Below, one piece after another: positions 9,626 to 19,083 of a stretch of DNA of 64,000 bases; position 1 is the first letter of the stretch, and each line of letters begins with the position of its first letter. The position numbers and the translations under genes are program-made. The DNA is from Candidatus Levyibacteriota bacterium (lineage in GTDB: Bacteria; Patescibacteriota; Microgenomatia; Levybacterales; UBA12049): NCBI GenBank assembly GCA_016186625.1, contig JACPLG010000008.1, positions 147,142 to 211,141 of the forward strand, written 5' to 3'. Under the pieces are notes generated by a model. The model was not told the origin of the DNA. It saw only the letters and a list, made by a program, of their open reading frames with translations, and searched no databases.

Positions 9626-10519
9626 ATGACAAATTTAATAAACACAAAAATAATTCTTTCAGGAGCAACAATTCTGGCAGCTGTAGCGCTCATTATAGGC
9701 GCCACATTTGCCTTCTTTAGCGACTCCGAAACTTCAATTGGAAATATATTTGCAACAGGTGAGCTGGATTTACAAATTGATGCAGAAGCACACTACGCAG
9801 GTTTAACTTGCGATGGGAGTGTTTGGGATGAAGATGTCCCGGATCAATCGACGAGACCCGATTTAATCGGCGATGACTGCGATGGCACATGGGCATTGAC
9901 CGATTTGGATGAAACTCATAAATTCTTCAATCTTACTGATATAAAGCCTGGAGATACAGGTGAGAATACAATCAGCATTCACGTGTTTGATAACGATGCT
10001 TGGGTTTATTTTGAAGTTAATCCAACATCCACTCCAAATGCCTTACAAAATGCACTGTTATTTAATGTATGGCTAGATCAAGGAGGTACACCTGGTTTTC
10101 AAGGACAAATAAACGATCCAACTGAGGGTGATAATATTAGACAACCAGTTACAGAACCTTTGTTAGCAAGTCCAGGAACTATCGATGTGGGCGGAGAGGC
10201 ATATGTATTAGGTCCAATTTTAGCTGCTGTAAGATCGTCTATTGATGCTGCAAGTGACGTATGTGATGATTCTGATACAGGAAGTGATCCAGATGGAGAC
10301 GGAGTAACAGATGGAAATGTGGGTGCATGTCAGGGGCTACCGATAGATGGTCATCTTGTTGGAAGCACAACTTATTACTTTGGTGTAGGCTGGGAATTGC
10401 CTAGCAGCACGGGAAATGAAGCACAAGCGCTAAGTTTTGTAGCGGATATGATATTCCAAGCAGTCCAATACAGAAACAATCCATCACCGGTATTTCCATT
10501 ACCAACGCCAACACCGTGA
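9626..10519 (+). CDS. TasA/camelysin (peptidase M73)-family secreted protein with a SipW-cognate signal peptide
   Basis: N-terminus …ATFAFFSDSETSIGNIFATGELDL is the SipW-dependent signal/cleavage-region motif. The downstream block DIKPGDTGENTISIHVFDN is characteristic of TasA/CalY. Confidence 0.65.
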   Translation: MTNLINTKIILSGATILAAVALIIGATFAFFSDSETSIGNIFATGELDLQIDAEAHYAGLTCDGSVWDEDVPDQSTRPDLIGDDCDGTWALTDLDETHKFFNLTDIKPGDTGENTISIHVFDNDAWVYFEVNPTSTPNALQNALLFNVWLDQGGTPGFQGQINDPTEGDNIRQPVTEPLLASPGTIDVGGEAYVLGPILAAVRSSIDAASDVCDDSDTGSDPDGDGVTDGNVGACQGLPIDGHLVGSTTYYFGVGWELPSSTGNEAQALSFVADMIFQAVQYRNNPSPVFPLPTPTP

Positions 10520-10530
10520 TGGTTAATTAA

Positions 10531-10600
10531 GGGTGGGGATGTTGGGAATTTGGCCACCGGCTCAGAGAGCCTTTGGCTCGGAGAGGAAGATTCCCCACCC
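10531..10600. repeat. Structured intergenic element (outer stem GGTGGGGA/TCCCCACC) containing a tandem CCGGCTCGGAGAG-like motif also found inside the CAP gene (8734-8765)
   Basis: Read directly. About 85% identity over 34 nt between 10557-10590 and 8741-8775. Confidence 0.3.
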
Positions 10601-10719
10601 TAGGGCTGAGAGAAAAAATAAACGTGTGATTTGCATAGAAGTTTATTGTTCGAGCATGTTAAGAATACGTTGGTGATGCTCAGCGCAAGCTTCTCGACTC
10701 TCCTTCGATAGACTCAGGA

Positions 10720-12069
10720 TTGCTCGAAGAAGAATTAGACAACGCTAAAAATATGAAAAGTATATTTAAAGTTATAAATTTAACTATTGCGGGTGTACTT
10801 ATTGCTGTTGCAATTGGAGTTGCCTATATTGCACTTCCCTTTTTTGGCAATCAGGCTTTAATTGTCCGCTCAGGATCCATGAGTCCTGCAATTGATGTGG
10901 GATCTGTAGCAGTTGTTTCTGCAAAGCAGAACCTTCTACCATTTAGTAAACCTGCTATTGCGCAAGTATATAAAACCGGAGATGTTATTGCATTTCGTTC
11001 AGAAAAAAACAAGGAGATAATAGTAACTCATAGAATTGTCAATGTAATTACAGAAAATAATAAAACGCTTTATAGGACTCAGGGGGATGCAAATGATGAT
11101 CCGGACGCTGGACTTGTAAAAAGTGAAAATGTTTTGGGAAAAGCCAACATAGTTATTCCGTATGTTGGAAAAGTCCTGGCTTTTGCCAAGTCAGACATAG
11201 GATTCCCTGCTCTTATATTATTTCCGGCGGTTCTTGTAATACTATTTGAGACCTGGTCAATCATAAAAGAAATTCGCAAACGAAAACAGCTAAATGACAG
11301 ATTTGGATTTGTGAATTTTGATCTTAGAAAGAAAAATAAAGTTAGCTTTTTTGGGCTTAGAGTTTTAATTCCTCTTTTAATATTCAGTCTTTTTATCCCA
11401 AGCACTATTGCCTTTTTCAGCGATTCAGAAACCTCAACCGGAAATGTCTTCCAAGCCGCGGAGAATTTTCCGCCGCAAACTGATCATCTTGTAATTAGTG
11501 AAGTTCAAATAGACGGAGGTATTGCTCAAAACAAAGACAATGATTTCATAGAATTGTATAATCCCACTTCGTCACCAATTAATTTAGAGGGATATAGACT
11601 TGTAAAAAGAACAGGCAATTCCCCTAATGACACAAATATAATTACTTTTACCTCATCACACATAATACCTGCTCATGATTATTTTTTATGGGCTCATGTG
11701 TCTGGAGGTCAAAATCCTAATAATTTTGGCATAAATATTGGGGCTGATGTAACATCATCAGATACGCTTTCTGCAAGCAATAGTGTCGCGATTAGGTTTG
11801 GAGATCTTAATACTGGAACCATCGTAGACGCATTAAGCTGGGATCCTGGCGCGTCATCACTGAAAGAAGGCTCTCAGTTTCCATCAAATCCTTCAGCAAA
11901 TCAAAGCATGGAAAGGAAGGCTTATTCAACATCAACACAGGCAACAATGGAAGGCGGAGCAGATGCTTCAAAGGGAAATGGATTTGATTCAAATGATAAT
12001 TCAGTTGATTTTATCTTAAGATTAGTTTCGCAGCCGCAAAATTCAAGTAGCACGCCTGAAATACCATGA
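10720..12069 (+). CDS. sipW: Signal peptidase I (SipW/archaeal type, S26) fused in-frame to a second TasA-type signal plus a lamin-tail domain (LTD)
   Basis: Residues 1-190 carry TM, SGSMSP catalytic box, …THRIVNV…, TM. Residues 198-449 start at in-frame GTG 11311 (VNFDLRKKNKVSFFGLRVLIPLLIFSLFIPSTIAFFSDSETSTGNVF), then HLVISEVQIDGG…DFIELYNPTSSPINLEGYRL, which is the LTD signature. Confidence 0.7.
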   Translation: MLEEELDNAKNMKSIFKVINLTIAGVLIAVAIGVAYIALPFFGNQALIVRSGSMSPAIDVGSVAVVSAKQNLLPFSKPAIAQVYKTGDVIAFRSEKNKEIIVTHRIVNVITENNKTLYRTQGDANDDPDAGLVKSENVLGKANIVIPYVGKVLAFAKSDIGFPALILFPAVLVILFETWSIIKEIRKRKQLNDRFGFVNFDLRKKNKVSFFGLRVLIPLLIFSLFIPSTIAFFSDSETSTGNVFQAAENFPPQTDHLVISEVQIDGGIAQNKDNDFIELYNPTSSPINLEGYRLVKRTGNSPNDTNIITFTSSHIIPAHDYFLWAHVSGGQNPNNFGINIGADVTSSDTLSASNSVAIRFGDLNTGTIVDALSWDPGASSLKEGSQFPSNPSANQSMERKAYSTSTQATMEGGADASKGNGFDSNDNSVDFILRLVSQPQNSSSTPEIP

Positions 12070-13166
12070 AAAAAAGAAGTATTAAAAAAAGATTATTAAC
12101 GATTGTTTCGTTGTCTTTGATTGTATTAGTAGCTTTGCAGACTAACCTTTTTGGACTTCTTGAGAGGAAAACCGCTTATGCCGTTGGGGATCTTAATGTC
12201 ATCTGGGGAGTGCCTGACGGGGATCCAATATTTGTAGTTGAAAATATGCTTCCCGGGGACATGGAGGATAGAAATGTTGATGTTATTAACGGTGCTTCTT
12301 CATCAAGAGACGTTGGAGTAAGAGGCGTTAAGACTGAGGAAATTGCAAGTTTTTCCGGGATTTTAGATTTTGTAATTTCAGAGAATGGTTCGCCTATTTA
12401 CGGAACAGGAAGTTCTACTGGTCCTAAAACCTTGCAGCAGTTTTTTGATGAGTCCGCTGGACCAAATGGACTTTTTCTTTCAACACTAAGTTCCGGAGAT
12501 ACAACTACATATAACTTTAAAGCTACTTTTCCAGAAGGATCTGGAAATGAATATCAGGGAGCAAGAGTTGTATTTGATCTTATTATAGGTATCTCAATTC
12601 CAATCCAGGGGTGTGAGGGCATTGATCTTTTACCAAATCCCATAATTGGAACTGAGAAAGCAGAAACTATCAGAGGAACGCCGGGAAATGATCTAATTCT
12701 GGGACTTGAGGGAGCGGACATAATTTATGGTATGGGCGGGCACGACTGCATAATCGGTGGTCCTGGAGCAGAGAATTCTATTTTTGGGGGTCCCGGGAAT
12801 GATGTTATTTTTGGAAATGAAGGCGCAGATTCAATTTATGGGCAAGGAGGAGACGATACTATGTTTGGAGGAGAGGGAGCAGATAAAATCAGTGGCGGAA
12901 CGGGGAACGATCACCTGATAGGAGGAGATGATGCAGACGTTTTGGAAGGAGGTCCTGGAAATGACCATCTTGAGGGAGGAGACGGACCGGATGATTTGAG
13001 AGGAGGGGCTGGAAATGATTTACTTGAAGGTCAAGACGGAGCAGACACAATGCGGGGTAACTCAGGACAGGATAACTTGATAGGAGGTGCAGGAAATGAC
13101 TTTGCTCATGGAGGCGGGGGCACTGATACCTGCGATGCCGAAACAGAGATAAGCTGCGAACTCTAA
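12066..13166 (+). CDS. Secreted protein with a TasA-like N-domain and C-terminal RTX-type Ca-binding nonapeptide repeats
   Basis: Signal peptide. ENMLPGDMEDRNVDVING block. About ten GGxGxDxL-type repeats (GGPGNDVIFGNEGADSIYGQGGDDTMFGGEGADKISGG…). ATGA overlap with the upstream gene. Confidence 0.55.
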   Translation: MKKRSIKKRLLTIVSLSLIVLVALQTNLFGLLERKTAYAVGDLNVIWGVPDGDPIFVVENMLPGDMEDRNVDVINGASSSRDVGVRGVKTEEIASFSGILDFVISENGSPIYGTGSSTGPKTLQQFFDESAGPNGLFLSTLSSGDTTTYNFKATFPEGSGNEYQGARVVFDLIIGISIPIQGCEGIDLLPNPIIGTEKAETIRGTPGNDLILGLEGADIIYGMGGHDCIIGGPGAENSIFGGPGNDVIFGNEGADSIYGQGGDDTMFGGEGADKISGGTGNDHLIGGDDADVLEGGPGNDHLEGGDGPDDLRGGAGNDLLEGQDGADTMRGNSGQDNLIGGAGNDFAHGGGGTDTCDAETEISCEL

Positions 13167-13729
13167 CTTATGGCCTCTGCAAAAACTAATAACCTTTTAA
13201 GAGTTGTCCCCACTGGCCAGCAGGTTTGGAGAATCAGCTGGTCTTTTGTTTGCTCCGTTAAGTATCTTACCTCATTAGGCCAAACATTTTTTTTGTCAAC
13301 AACAGCGTATCTATAAATTTTTCCGTCTTTTTTAATTTCTACCTCATCCCCTTTCTCAAGTTCACCAAGTCTAAAGAAAATTGTATTATAGCTTGCTATT
13401 TCTATTGGATTTCCGGAGGAATGGGCAAAAATAAATACACTTCCCCTTTCTCCTGGAAGAGGTGTTCCTTTTGCATGAGCAACTCCCCTTTTAAGAGCTT
13501 TTTTATATTCTCCTTCATTAAATGGATCAACTCCAAAAATGATTGGAGCCTGCGCCTTTATCTTAGAGACAGTAAGATAACTTCCTTTAAGCTCAGCCTC
13601 ACTTTTAATAGTTTTAGGAAGCAAATAAATTGAAATTATAGGGTAACCTATCAGGAAAAGAATGAGCAAAGACAAAACTATAAATAAGTTTCCAACGTGA
13701 TAGGATAATGGCTTGGTTTTTGTTTTCAT
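13163..13729 (-). CDS. Sortase (class D/E-like transpeptidase)
   Basis: N-terminal TM anchor. His in FIFAHSSGNP. Catalytic TLxTC as LILQTCWP. Conserved Arg (TTLKRLLV). Confidence 0.75.
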   Translation of the reverse strand: MKTKTKPLSYHVGNLFIVLSLLILFLIGYPIISIYLLPKTIKSEAELKGSYLTVSKIKAQAPIIFGVDPFNEGEYKKALKRGVAHAKGTPLPGERGSVFIFAHSSGNPIEIASYNTIFFRLGELEKGDEVEIKKDGKIYRYAVVDKKNVWPNEVRYLTEQTKDQLILQTCWPVGTTLKRLLVFAEAIS

Positions 13730-13777
13730 GGGTTGTATTATATAAAAAATCCCGATTGTAAAACCGGGATAATTTAG

Positions 13778-14893
13778 TTAAGCTGCCACAAGAAAATTTG
13801 GGGATCTTCCTGATCGCAACCGCAGGTACCACCCAAAGAAGAACATCATTATGCTTCCTATTATCATAAGTATTGTCCATAAGCCGCCGGTTACCGGAAG
13901 AATATCACCGGGACTAATTGCAGCGGCAAGCACTTCCCCTGCTTTTCCAACGCCATTACCTGCGCCATTTGCTCCATTTTGAGTGGGAACCTGGGGTGGA
14001 GCTGCGCCCGGAGGAATTTCTTTTTCTTTTTCTTTTTCACAGCACTCAACGTCAACTAAAGTTACATTTATCGGGCCATTTTCAATTACTGATTCAAAAA
14101 TTATATCACCGGTTGTTATTGAGACGCTTCCTCCGCTATTGTCATTTGCGCGATTTCCGCCTGTGTTTAGGTCCCAATTACTGTTATTTACAATAGTAGC
14201 GGAGTTATTAACCGAGATATCAATCAAGCTATCTATGTTTAGATTTATAGTGTTTACAGAGTCCGAGCCATTGCCATCGACTTTTAGAAAAACACTTTGG
14301 CCACCGTCTGCTATTCTAAGACTGGATATGTTGATCCATTTATTTTTAATAGTGTCCGTTGCATAAATGCTTCCAGTTGAAATTGAGACATTTCCTCCTG
14401 TGTTTCCATTTGCCTGGTTGTTACCTGTATTGACATACCCGTTAACATAATTTGAGATATTGGCATTTTGATTGATATTAATTGTAACTTGATTGTTTTG
14501 GGTTGAGCTGACAGAGTTCTGTGAGCCTGATCCATTTCCTGACACGCTGATATTTGTCCCCGGGGCACAGCAAACATTTGAAGCTACGGAGTTATTGATA
14601 TTCGAATTGTCGATTGAGGAATTTACCGAAGCATCTCCAGTGGTAATTGCCGTATTTCCACCTGTGTTATCATTTGCTTTATTGTTGCCGGTATCGGCAT
14701 TAATATCTACGTTGTTATTAACGTCTGCTTCATTGTTCTGATTAAGAGCGGTTGTGGATGTATTATTAACTGAGACATTGCTTTGCGAGTCGCTTCCGTT
14801 TCCAGAAACAGTAATCTCATCAGCATTTGCTAAAGCTGTTGTGAACAAAGTCGGCAGAAGAGCCAAGCATATAATTAAAATTTTCCTTGTCAT
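13778..14893 (-). CDS. Sortase-substrate surface protein with N/T/G-rich ~90-aa repeats and a C-terminal LPVTGG sorting signal
   Basis: Signal peptide. Repeats (VSGNGSDSQSNV…ADTGNNKANDNTGGNTAITTGDAS…CC). LPVTGG encoded at 13883-13900, followed by a hydrophobic segment and RLRSGRS tail. Confidence 0.65.
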   Translation of the reverse strand: MTRKILIICLALLPTLFTTALANADEITVSGNGSDSQSNVSVNNTSTTALNQNNEADVNNNVDINADTGNNKANDNTGGNTAITTGDASVNSSIDNSNINNSVASNVCCAPGTNISVSGNGSGSQNSVSSTQNNQVTININQNANISNYVNGYVNTGNNQANGNTGGNVSISTGSIYATDTIKNKWINISSLRIADGGQSVFLKVDGNGSDSVNTINLNIDSLIDISVNNSATIVNNSNWDLNTGGNRANDNSGGSVSITTGDIIFESVIENGPINVTLVDVECCEKEKEKEIPPGAAPPQVPTQNGANGAGNGVGKAGEVLAAAISPGDILPVTGGLWTILMIIGSIMMFFFGWYLRLRSGRSPNFLVAA

Positions 14894-14995
14894 TTTTTAT
14901 GGATGTTCACCCTGAGGCAGACTAGTGGACACCTGTAATTCTACTATTATTTATTATTTTTTGAATTACTGGCAAAAGAGTGTAAGAACTTTGTG

Positions 14996-17155
14996 TTAAA
15001 ACTTACTACTTTCTCTTGCTCTTATAATTTTCAACCCTCTTCTAATAAGTATTATTAATGCTAAGACGGGTGTTGCTAACAGCAACCAGGCCAAATTAAT
15101 TCTGGTTTTATCTTTATCTGCCAGGATCCCAAGGTTAGTATTTTGTGTTCCTGCAATAAGTTCGGCTGGAACACTTAGGTTTTCGTCACTTGACGGCCCA
15201 AAAGAGAAACTTGGATAAGAGAATGGTCCCGCAGCCGCAATGACATTGCTACTTCCCGCAACCGCCGTATTAGTGTTATTTGAATTTGCGGATACCCAAC
15301 CCCCACCGTTATTATCAGACGAGTTATTGCCAGAGGAGCTATTACTGGTTTGCGGACCTCCTTGGGCAAGCACTTCTCCCGAATCTTTGTGAGCCCCGGG
15401 AGTCAGGAAATCACCAGCCCAACTCCCAAAGACATTAACCATTGTTACAAGTAATTTTCCGCCAACTATATTGTTATTCACAAAGTTTACAATATTGGCT
15501 ATAACTCCCGCATCTCCTGTTGTAATTGAGGAGCTGCCTCCTGTATTGTCATTTGCGCTATTTCCTCCGGTGTTTGCCGAAAGATTGACATTATTTACCA
15601 CATTTGCGGTGTTGGTTTGATTGGTATTATTGTTGACTTCGGAGCTAACAGTGCCATTATTTGTTGATCCTGTCCCATTTCCCTCATTTGTGACTGTAAT
15701 TGCTCCAAACACGTCTTCGCTAAACTGTGTTCCGTCAGATCCTGCATAAAGAGATCCGGCCGGTGCTCCAAAGAGTTTTCCAACCCAATTTCCTGCCTCG
15801 TTTATGATGACCAGCCACATATTTCCACCTAGAAGATTCATATTTGCAATATTAAGAAGATTGGCATCAATTTTTACATTCCCTGTGCTAATAGTACTGC
15901 TTCCTCCGGTATTTCCGCTTGTTGAGTTGTCTCCTGTGGTTGCATCAATAGTGAGATGATTATCAATATTTGCCGTATTAAATTGATTTATAGTGTCATT
16001 AATATTCTGGGCAACATTAGCATTATTATCGGAATTACTTCCATTCCCTATGTTGGCCAGGCTAATATTCCCGCAAACCGGGCAAATTGTTCCAAAAACG
16101 CCCTCGGGAAGAATAATATCTCCTACCAAGTTTCCGAAAATGTTTACTACGCCATATACTACATTTCCAGAAAGATTATTGTTGAGGAATGTTAATAAGT
16201 TAGCAGCTACGTTAGCATCACCTGTTGTGATTGAGGAATCACCACCGGTATTTCCGCTGGCGGTATTATCACCAGAATTTGCCAAAAGATCCATGTTGTT
16301 AATTACTGTGCCATAATTTGTTTGATTAGTATCATTATTAACAGTGGAGTCTATATTCGCGCTGTTATCCGAGTTTGAGCCATTCCCAATGTTTGATGCT
16401 TCAAATACTCCGCAGCCTAAAATACAACTTGCCCCATAATCAAGTAGATAATCTCCAATGTGGTCATCTACTATATTAAACTCAGAGACTGCAACGCCAG
16501 CAACATTTGTATTTGCAGCTGTAATTATTGTTCCCGACGTATTAGCATCTCCTGTATTTATTGTAGAATTTCCTCCAGTATTATTTGATGCTGAGTTCTG
16601 TCCGCTTACTGCAGCGCCTGTCAAATCATTATTGATATTTGCGCTGTTATTCTGATTAGTATTATTGTTCTGGGCGAGTGTAGCCGAGCCGCTGTTGTTG
16701 GAATTTGATCCGTTCTCCGAATTCACAACTGAGACTGCGGGGCTAGATCCTGTTCCAGTCCCATTGCAGCATGGATTAGTTGTAGCAACATTTGTATTTG
16801 CGTTTGTCAGGATATTTCCATCGCTTGTTGCCGTTCCTGTATCAACAGTAGTGTCGCCAGTATTGCCATCATAATTGGTTCCTGTCTGGTTCTGTGGCTG
16901 GGTGCTTGTTGTATTCTCCGAAGACGTGGGACTTATCTCCTGGATCGTTTGGTTTTGTGTTGTATCAACAGATTGGCTTGTTGGCTCAGGGTTACTGCTT
17001 ATAGCTTGACTGGCCGATTGTCCACTTTGGGCCTGTTGTCCACTTTGGGCCTGTTGTGCTTCTTGGGCCAAGACATAAGATGAACCAAATATACCAAGGT
17101 TTAGAAAAAGGACTGTAATTAGAACTATTGATACAATTTTTTTTATCTTCCTCAT
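14996..17155 (-). CDS. Large secreted repeat protein, paralog of the 13778 and 17274 genes (NTGGxSxIxTGDA modules, paired Cys), with C-terminal TM plus basic tail
   Basis: Signal peptide. QQAQSGQ tandem. Repeated …GNGSNSDN…NTGGSSTISTGN… modules with CC/CxxC. C-terminus …INLAWLLLATPVLALIILIRRGLKIIRAR. Confidence 0.55.
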   Translation of the reverse strand: MRKIKKIVSIVLITVLFLNLGIFGSSYVLAQEAQQAQSGQQAQSGQSASQAISSNPEPTSQSVDTTQNQTIQEISPTSSENTTSTQPQNQTGTNYDGNTGDTTVDTGTATSDGNILTNANTNVATTNPCCNGTGTGSSPAVSVVNSENGSNSNNSGSATLAQNNNTNQNNSANINNDLTGAAVSGQNSASNNTGGNSTINTGDANTSGTIITAANTNVAGVAVSEFNIVDDHIGDYLLDYGASCILGCGVFEASNIGNGSNSDNSANIDSTVNNDTNQTNYGTVINNMDLLANSGDNTASGNTGGDSSITTGDANVAANLLTFLNNNLSGNVVYGVVNIFGNLVGDIILPEGVFGTICPVCGNISLANIGNGSNSDNNANVAQNINDTINQFNTANIDNHLTIDATTGDNSTSGNTGGSSTISTGNVKIDANLLNIANMNLLGGNMWLVIINEAGNWVGKLFGAPAGSLYAGSDGTQFSEDVFGAITVTNEGNGTGSTNNGTVSSEVNNNTNQTNTANVVNNVNLSANTGGNSANDNTGGSSSITTGDAGVIANIVNFVNNNIVGGKLLVTMVNVFGSWAGDFLTPGAHKDSGEVLAQGGPQTSNSSSGNNSSDNNGGGWVSANSNNTNTAVAGSSNVIAAAGPFSYPSFSFGPSSDENLSVPAELIAGTQNTNLGILADKDKTRINLAWLLLATPVLALIILIRRGLKIIRARESSKF

Positions 17156-17273
17156 TTATTTAAAACCTCTAATCTGAAATTTAATGTTTAAATTTTAAGT
17201 TATAAGTTTTAAATTTATCTTTTCGGGTAGGGTATCTTGCAAGTGCTAACAAGACACCCTACTCCATAAAAGA

Positions 17274-18515
17274 TTAAAGACCTAACAAGGCTAACAGATC
17301 CGAAAGACTAAAGTTGAAACTAAAGTCGAAATCGAAATCGAAATCTGGTAGTTCAAAGTCAGAGTCTTCTCCGAAAACATTGACATTTCCTGATGTGGAT
17401 ACGTCAACATTTGTCTCGGAATCGCCGGTTTCGATGGATGGATCTCCATCACCGCCGGACGTGTTATCCTCGGCATCGTTTTTGCCTGTGTCTGCATCAA
17501 CGTTTACGTCATTATTAACGTCAGCATCATTATCTTGATCTACATCCAGGTCAGAATTTAGATTGACATTAACAGTGTTATCGGAGTTGGACCCATTCCC
17601 GTCAACCTTAACGGTTAGGTCTCCAAATAGACATCCGCAATCTGCTGCAGCGTGATTAAAGTTAACCCATGTGTCAACATTAACGTTTGCTTCAGCATCT
17701 CCGGTGTCTATGACAACGTCACCGTCTCCGGTGTTATTGTTAGCGTCGTTGTTTCCTGTATCTAAGTCAACATCAACGTAATTTCTAACATCCGCGTCAT
17801 TGTCTTGATCAATATCAATATCGCTTTTAAGATTTGCGATTATGTCGTTGTCTGAGTTGGAGCCGTTTCCGGTTATCCAGAGGCTTAATGACCCTCCTCC
17901 TCCGTTGTTTCCTCCAACCACTGCGTGATTGAAGTTGGCTACGGTGTTAAGAGAAACATTGCCCTTCGCATTCCCGGTTTTGATAGAAACTCCTCCGTCT
18001 CCTGTATTACCGTTGGCGTCGTTTCTTCCTGTGTCAAGATCAACATTTACGTTATTGCGAACGTATGCGTCATTATTCTGATCAATGTTTATGTCGTTGT
18101 TTGAGTTAAGATTAACGGTATTATCAGAATTTGATCCGTTATTGCTGATTTTGACCTCAGTGTTGCCGTTATCGCAACAATCAACGCTTGCCCAGTTTCC
18201 ATTAAGGGTGTTGTTAACGCTAACATCTGCCTTCGCGTTTCCAGTCTCAATTGAGACCTCTCCGTTACCAGTGTTATTGTTGGCATCGTTGTTACCTGTG
18301 TCGGCATCAACGTTGACATTATTTCTAACATTGGCGTCGTTATTTTGGTCTACATTAACATCTCTATTAAGATTTACGACTGCATCATTGTTAGAGTTAG
18401 ACCCATTACCGTTTATGATAATGGTGGTTTCGGCAAAAGCTAATGGCAAAAGCGCATTAGCAAGTACTGCTCCGGTTGCGATTCCTGTAGCTAGTTTTGT
18501 TTTTAAATCTAACAT
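17274..18515 (-). CDS. Secreted repeat protein, paralog (GNGSNSxN…ADTGNNDANNNTGxGxVSIxTGNA modules with paired Cys; C-terminal DFDFDF)
   Basis: Start re-set to the in-frame ATG at 18513-18515 (MLDLKTKLATGIATGAVLANALLPLAFA signal). It is preceded by SD AGAGAGGGGGTGA. The track ORF extends to 18602 without a signal peptide. Confidence 0.5.
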   Translation of the reverse strand: MLDLKTKLATGIATGAVLANALLPLAFAETTIIINGNGSNSNNDAVVNLNRDVNVDQNNDANVRNNVNVDADTGNNDANNNTGNGEVSIETGNAKADVSVNNTLNGNWASVDCCDNGNTEVKISNNGSNSDNTVNLNSNNDINIDQNNDAYVRNNVNVDLDTGRNDANGNTGDGGVSIKTGNAKGNVSLNTVANFNHAVVGGNNGGGGSLSLWITGNGSNSDNDIIANLKSDIDIDQDNDADVRNYVDVDLDTGNNDANNNTGDGDVVIDTGDAEANVNVDTWVNFNHAAADCGCLFGDLTVKVDGNGSNSDNTVNVNLNSDLDVDQDNDADVNNDVNVDADTGKNDAEDNTSGGDGDPSIETGDSETNVDVSTSGNVNVFGEDSDFELPDFDFDFDFSFNFSLSDLLALLGL

Positions 18516-18732
18516 TAAGTAATTCACCCCCTCTCTTTTATTTATTTCTCCAGAATTTGGAGATTTATTCGTCGCCTGAGGCGACAGCACTTTTTTCCGC
18601 ACGTCCTAAACTCTCGTCTAAAACAAAAACGGAGGCCATTCCTCGTCCATACTACTAGGACAAGAAAAAGCCTCCGTTTGCGGTCAGCCATCTAGTTCTA
18701 CACCCTACGATATAACACTAAATAAGCAATTG

Positions 18733-18990
18733 TCAATACTTAAAATTTAAGTTTATCCCAGATCCGCTTCCTTTTCTAAGAACTAACCCTGCAATTTTTT
18801 TATTTTCTTTTAAAGAAACCTTTGTTTTTTTGATTATTCTAGTAGAGATTTGAGTTATATGTCCGTCCTGTACTATTATTTCAACACTGCCGTATTTAAT
18901 ACCACCAAGTGCTTTTAGGATTTCTTTTAATGCATCGGCATTGACTTCGCTTACATTCATATTTTTTATGGCAGCTTTAACAATTCTCAT
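18733..18990 (-). CDS. YezD/DUF2292-like small protein
   Basis: …LKALGGIKYGSVEIIVQDGHITQISTRIIKK pattern resembles the YezD family. Confidence 0.35.
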   Translation of the reverse strand: MRIVKAAIKNMNVSEVNADALKEILKALGGIKYGSVEIIVQDGHITQISTRIIKKTKVSLKENKKIAGLVLRKGSGSGINLNFKY

Positions 18991-19083
18991 ATAGGATGTC
19001 CTATATGAGCTATATATTAAAACTTATAAGCAGTAAAAGTAAACAAGAAAAATGCTTGAAAGAAGCAAGAATTATGTAAATTC

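Noticed and set aside
13918-18522. Many 60-145-aa ORFs on the plus strand across the repeat-protein genes
   Set aside because: These are antisense frames of low-complexity N/T/G-rich coding repeats and not independent genes.
14996-18602. Possible CRISPR-like periodicity in the repetitive DNA
   Set aside because: The repeats are degenerate and in-frame, and they encode protein modules. There are no short identical direct repeats with unique spacers and no cas genes.
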